Shown here: positions 54,316-57,172 of the stretch, piece by piece | Layout: each line of letters opens with the position of its first letter | Position numbering within the stretch: position 1 is the first letter of the stretch | Virus record (IMG/VR): IMGVR_UViG_3300046757_000226 | Location: 1 to 57,172 of that record | Source of the DNA: a virus | Taxonomy: Duplodnaviria > Caudoviricetes | DNA length: 57,172 bases | Direction: 5' to 3' (one strand) | Translations under genes and position numbers: made by a program | The notes under the pieces: generated by a model | Told to the model about the DNA's origin: nothing | Databases searched by the model: none | What the model saw: the letters and a program-made list of their open reading frames with translations, nothing else

Positions 54316-54879
54316 TTAATATTCTCCTATATTTTCCCAAGGATACACTAACCAAACATCTTCTTCTGCTTTGTTAATTTCATGACAAGTATAACGCACA
54401 TCGTCAAAATCACTTGCATCATTGTTTGTTAAGGTAGCAAAACGAACATTATTTTCCCACACAGTATCCCAAGCGTTCTCTTCGTTAGGTAAACAACTGC
54501 TCTGCCAGTCTTGTTTAATCCAGTTAAAAGTAGCGCCAGTATCGTTAATATCGTCTACAACCAAAATATTTTTACGCATAGCAGGATCCCAGCGACTTTT
54601 ATACACTGGTCTATCTTCTTCAGCAACAATGCCAAATGCGTTATCCGCCATCCAACAGTTAGATTCGCTTTCTTCGCCTTCAGCACTGTCACGTAGACTA
54701 ACTTTAAGTGCTTCGCAACGAATACCAGTCATGTTTGAAATAATAGTAGCAGGAATATTTCCGCCTCTAGTAATACCTACAATATAATCAGGACGCCAGT
54801 TATCAATATACATCTGGTTTACAATTTGTACACACATCTTTTCTACGTCTTGCCAACTATAATAATGTTTCTTAATCAT
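54316..54879 (-). CDS. type I phosphoribosyltransferase (purine PRTase-like)
   Basis: IVGITRGG, LVVDDINDTGAT PRPP-binding motif, WLVYPWE. Confidence 0.88.
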   Translation of the reverse strand: MIKKHYYSWQDVEKMCVQIVNQMYIDNWRPDYIVGITRGGNIPATIISNMTGIRCEALKVSLRDSAEGEESESNCWMADNAFGIVAEEDRPVYKSRWDPAMRKNILVVDDINDTGATFNWIKQDWQSSCLPNEENAWDTVWENNVRFATLTNNDASDFDDVRYTCHEINKAEEDVWLVYPWENIGEY

Positions 54880-55315
54880 GTTTAGCACCCCTTGCTAAGT
54901 AATCTTTATTGTGTATCCAAATACCATTCTTTAAAAAACCCCAAGCGCCTGCTTTACGGCCCATAAAGAACAAACTCCAACATGGAATTTCATTGCCGTC
55001 TGCATCTTTGTCAAGTTCTAACCAATGTGTATCATTTGCTTTACGGTAACGGAAATGTCCAGGTCCTCTCCAAAAACGCCCGTCTGGAGTATTTTCCCAA
55101 TAGCCGCCTTTGATAATAAATGTTGCATAACTCCAAGGATGATCATGCAGTACAGGTTCATCACTTACAAGAACCTTGTGTAGTGTTATGTTAAAAGGAA
55201 AGTTCTTTCTGTCCTTTAGAAACACATAATATCGTACTAGGTAAGGCACATCGCTATCACGTTCTGTAATAACTCTACGCCTGCCAAGTTTGTCCATTAG
55301 TTTAGAAAAGATCAT
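54872..55315 (-). CDS. cupin-domain protein
   Basis: LHDHPWSYATFIIKGGYWE and distal H (THWLEL); start revised to ATG 55315. Confidence 0.7.
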   Translation of the reverse strand: MIFSKLMDKLGRRRVITERDSDVPYLVRYYVFLKDRKNFPFNITLHKVLVSDEPVLHDHPWSYATFIIKGGYWENTPDGRFWRGPGHFRYRKANDTHWLELDKDADGNEIPCWSLFFMGRKAGAWGFLKNGIWIHNKDYLARGAKHD

Positions 55316-55667
55316 TATCTTGATGGTTCCCTTTATAATCTTGTTCAACCATTTTGTAAACAGTTTTAAAATTTTCCAATGCTTTTTCAAGTGCAGGATA
55401 ATGTTGACACATATCTTTCACTACACTCATAGCAGGCAAATGATCTATCCATTCAGTACCAAAGCCTGTACTAACAGTTGATCCTGATATAATATTATCA
55501 ATGTTAATAGTATCATCTAAAGTAAAAGTATAATCACTATCTGTAATTGTTAAGCTATCAGTAGATATTGAGGTAGTTCCTGCCATGTTATCGTCAAATG
55601 TAATAGTATACGGATCACTAGATCCTGTAAGTATTACAATGTCATTATCGTCTTTGGATTGTGTCAT
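55302..55667 (-). CDS. hypothetical protein (Thr/Ser/Asp-rich N-terminus)
   Basis: 121-aa ORF overlapping both neighbours. Confidence 0.65.
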   Translation of the reverse strand: MTQSKDDNDIVILTGSSDPYTITFDDNMAGTTSISTDSLTITDSDYTFTLDDTINIDNIISGSTVSTGFGTEWIDHLPAMSVVKDMCQHYPALEKALENFKTVYKMVEQDYKGNHQDNDLF

Positions 55668-56733
55668 ACAATGCTGCTCCGCTAAAAAACTCTTTGTTTA
55701 ACTTTGTACGTTGTTTGTCTAAACTTACAAGATAGTCATCATAGTTTTCCATATAATCACATATCTTTGCAACAACTTCGCCTCTGTGTTTTACATATGC
55801 AGAGTAGTCTTCAGTCCACTTGCTAGGATATGCAAACTCAGGTAATGCCATTTCACTGTAGCTGAGTCTGTCTGGCACCATAGGAATAGCATCTACTAAT
55901 GCACCTTCGTACCAACTAATGCCAAGTGTTTCTTGCAAGTTAGCACTAAACACAATCTTTGCTTCACCTAACAAATTATGGTATTCATTTTTAGTAAGTT
56001 CACGTTCTTGACATACTACAAATTCATATTGCGGCAAACGTGTTTGAAGATCTCTAAAGATATCAACTTGTTTCTCAGGAGCAACACGATGTGGGAACAA
56101 GATCAAGTCTCGCTTTTCCATACCCTTGTAACCATCTAAACTACCTTTTAGATACTCCATAGGCCAACCTACACGATGTACTTTATCATCAAAATCTAAT
56201 GCTTCTTGTGTTGTCCAGTGATCATTATTTTCTTTTTCTAAAATAGTGTCTGTAAACATATCAATGTGAAAGTCTGTAGCATAATAGTTATCATCAAAGC
56301 ATTCATACATGCTACGTTCAGCATGTCTTACCCAAGGTTTATCGCCTATTAGCCTACCAAGGAAATCATGAGGATCATAACTACCAGCATGCCAAAGACC
56401 GCCGACTCTAATGTCGACCCCAAGGAGTTCAGCCATGTAACGCAACTGGATAACAGTTGGGTTCCACGCATCCGTATATAAGAAATAATCTCCATCATTA
56501 ACTTCTCCCTTACAGAACATTTCACCAATTTGTTCTAATTGTTTTGATTTATAAACGTTAGTGCCACCAAAGTTTAAGAAAGCCCCAGGCGTTGTAGCCT
56601 GAGGTGTTTCTCCGCCGCTGATAACAACAACATTTTCATTTGTAGCACGTTGAAGTTGCCGAGGCAAATAATCCTTCCACTGTTTAGTGTATCGAGTATC
56701 TACAGCTTCAATGTCTACAATATGAATTGTCAT
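55645..56733 (-). CDS. GT-B fold (GT4-like) glycosyltransferase
   Basis: WHAG, FPHRVAPEKQ, QETLGISWYEG (E-x7-E GT4 signature), PMVPD. Confidence 0.75.
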   Translation of the reverse strand: MTIHIVDIEAVDTRYTKQWKDYLPRQLQRATNENVVVISGGETPQATTPGAFLNFGGTNVYKSKQLEQIGEMFCKGEVNDGDYFLYTDAWNPTVIQLRYMAELLGVDIRVGGLWHAGSYDPHDFLGRLIGDKPWVRHAERSMYECFDDNYYATDFHIDMFTDTILEKENNDHWTTQEALDFDDKVHRVGWPMEYLKGSLDGYKGMEKRDLILFPHRVAPEKQVDIFRDLQTRLPQYEFVVCQERELTKNEYHNLLGEAKIVFSANLQETLGISWYEGALVDAIPMVPDRLSYSEMALPEFAYPSKWTEDYSAYVKHRGEVVAKICDYMENYDDYLVSLDKQRTKLNKEFFSGAALYDTIQRR

Positions 56734-56930
56734 TAGGTTCTCCTGTTGCGATTTTGATTACGTGCTTTAGCTCGCAACCAACCTTGGTACTTTTGATAGG
56801 CAATCCAGTTAGGATCATCTTTTTTATAAAGTGCTGCCTCGTTGAACACTTTCCCTTCGGAACGGCAATAGTTACGATATGTATCCAAGTCATTAAAGAT
56901 CTTGTTTACAGTTGGGTTTTTAATAGTCAT
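56733..56930 (-). CDS. hypothetical protein
   Basis: 65 aa, GAGGA SD, TAATG overlap with the GT gene. Confidence 0.7.
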   Translation of the reverse strand: MTIKNPTVNKIFNDLDTYRNYCRSEGKVFNEAALYKKDDPNWIAYQKYQGWLRAKARNQNRNRRT

Positions 56931-56947
56931 TGGATTGATTCCTCTTA

Positions 56948-57172
56948 TTATGACTTAGGGTAAAAAATAGAACAGCCGTTTTCATTGTCTTCAGCGACAC
57001 TAATCTCTACAAACCGGCCTGGATATTTGCGAGATATTTCTAAGTACAAGTCATCTGCAATCATTTCACATGACTTATGATTTAGTTGTAGTACTGCTGT
57101 AGAACTATCTACTTCAGCGTACAACCGTTCCATCCAGCGTTTAAACTGGATAAACTCAATATCGCGATCGTT
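56948..57172 (-). CDS. QueD/PTPS-like T-fold protein, 5' end outside window
   Basis: Frame open from 57172: NDRDIEFIQFKRWMERLY...LNHKSCEMIADDLY...ISVAEDNENG resembles the QueD C-terminal half (LN...S/TxE-x-IA; V-x-E); near folE and queE. Confidence 0.6.
   Translation of the reverse strand, partial: NDRDIEFIQFKRWMERLYAEVDSSTAVLQLNHKSCEMIADDLYLEISRKYPGRFVEISVAEDNENGCSIFYPKS

Noticed and set aside
586-56963. Numerous short antisense or out-of-frame ORFs in the track (e.g. 586-831, 11182-11511, 19178-19585, 33427-33843, 52003-52356, 54422-54787)
   Set aside because: They lie inside longer motif-bearing genes, lack SD or promoter support and read as shadow translations.
1-57172. Stop-codon reassignment, tRNA or rRNA genes, CRISPR arrays, introns/inteins, transposases, integrases
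   Set aside because: Genes tile the window under the standard code with TAA, TAG and TGA all used as stops; gaps are short; no periodic repeats, cloverleafs or such motifs were seen by eye. tRNAscan and Infernal were not run.

Overview
AT-rich (roughly one-third GC by eye), very densely coded DNA that reads as part of a large tailed-phage genome. The evidence is a T4-type RNase H, a MoxR/VWA pair, fibre-like virion genes, consensus sigma70 early promoters and T4-like TAAATA late promoters; the standard genetic code fits and the host cannot be determined. The dominant feature is a ~42 kb island (784-43147) bracketed by two fibre-like virion genes. It encodes 14 radical SAM enzymes (six with an N-terminal Twitch-like Cys cluster, one cobalamin-dependent), 12 Fe(II)/2-oxoglutarate- or cupin-type oxygenases, at least 6 glycosyltransferase-like proteins, 2 nucleotide-sugar dehydrogenases, an epimerase, 2 small SDRs, a methyltransferase, a PLP aminotransferase, an amidinotransferase, an atypical QueC-fold ATPase, an SGNH protein, a GNAT-like protein and 2 degenerate kinase-fold proteins. 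Its inverted operon blocks start from back-to-back TAA(A/G)TA-N5-ATG elements that imply leaderless late transcripts. I infer a phage-encoded pathway that builds a heavily tailored glycan or small molecule, most plausibly decorating the virion; this is a hypothesis. The right end holds early/core genes and a 7-deazaguanine module (folE, queE, partial queD-like) interleaved with a phosphoribosyltransferase, a HIT protein, a cupin and a GT-B glycosyltransferase; no dpdA/tgt is visible in the window. No tRNA, rRNA, CRISPR array or mobile element was seen. All family calls come from motif reading, not database searches.
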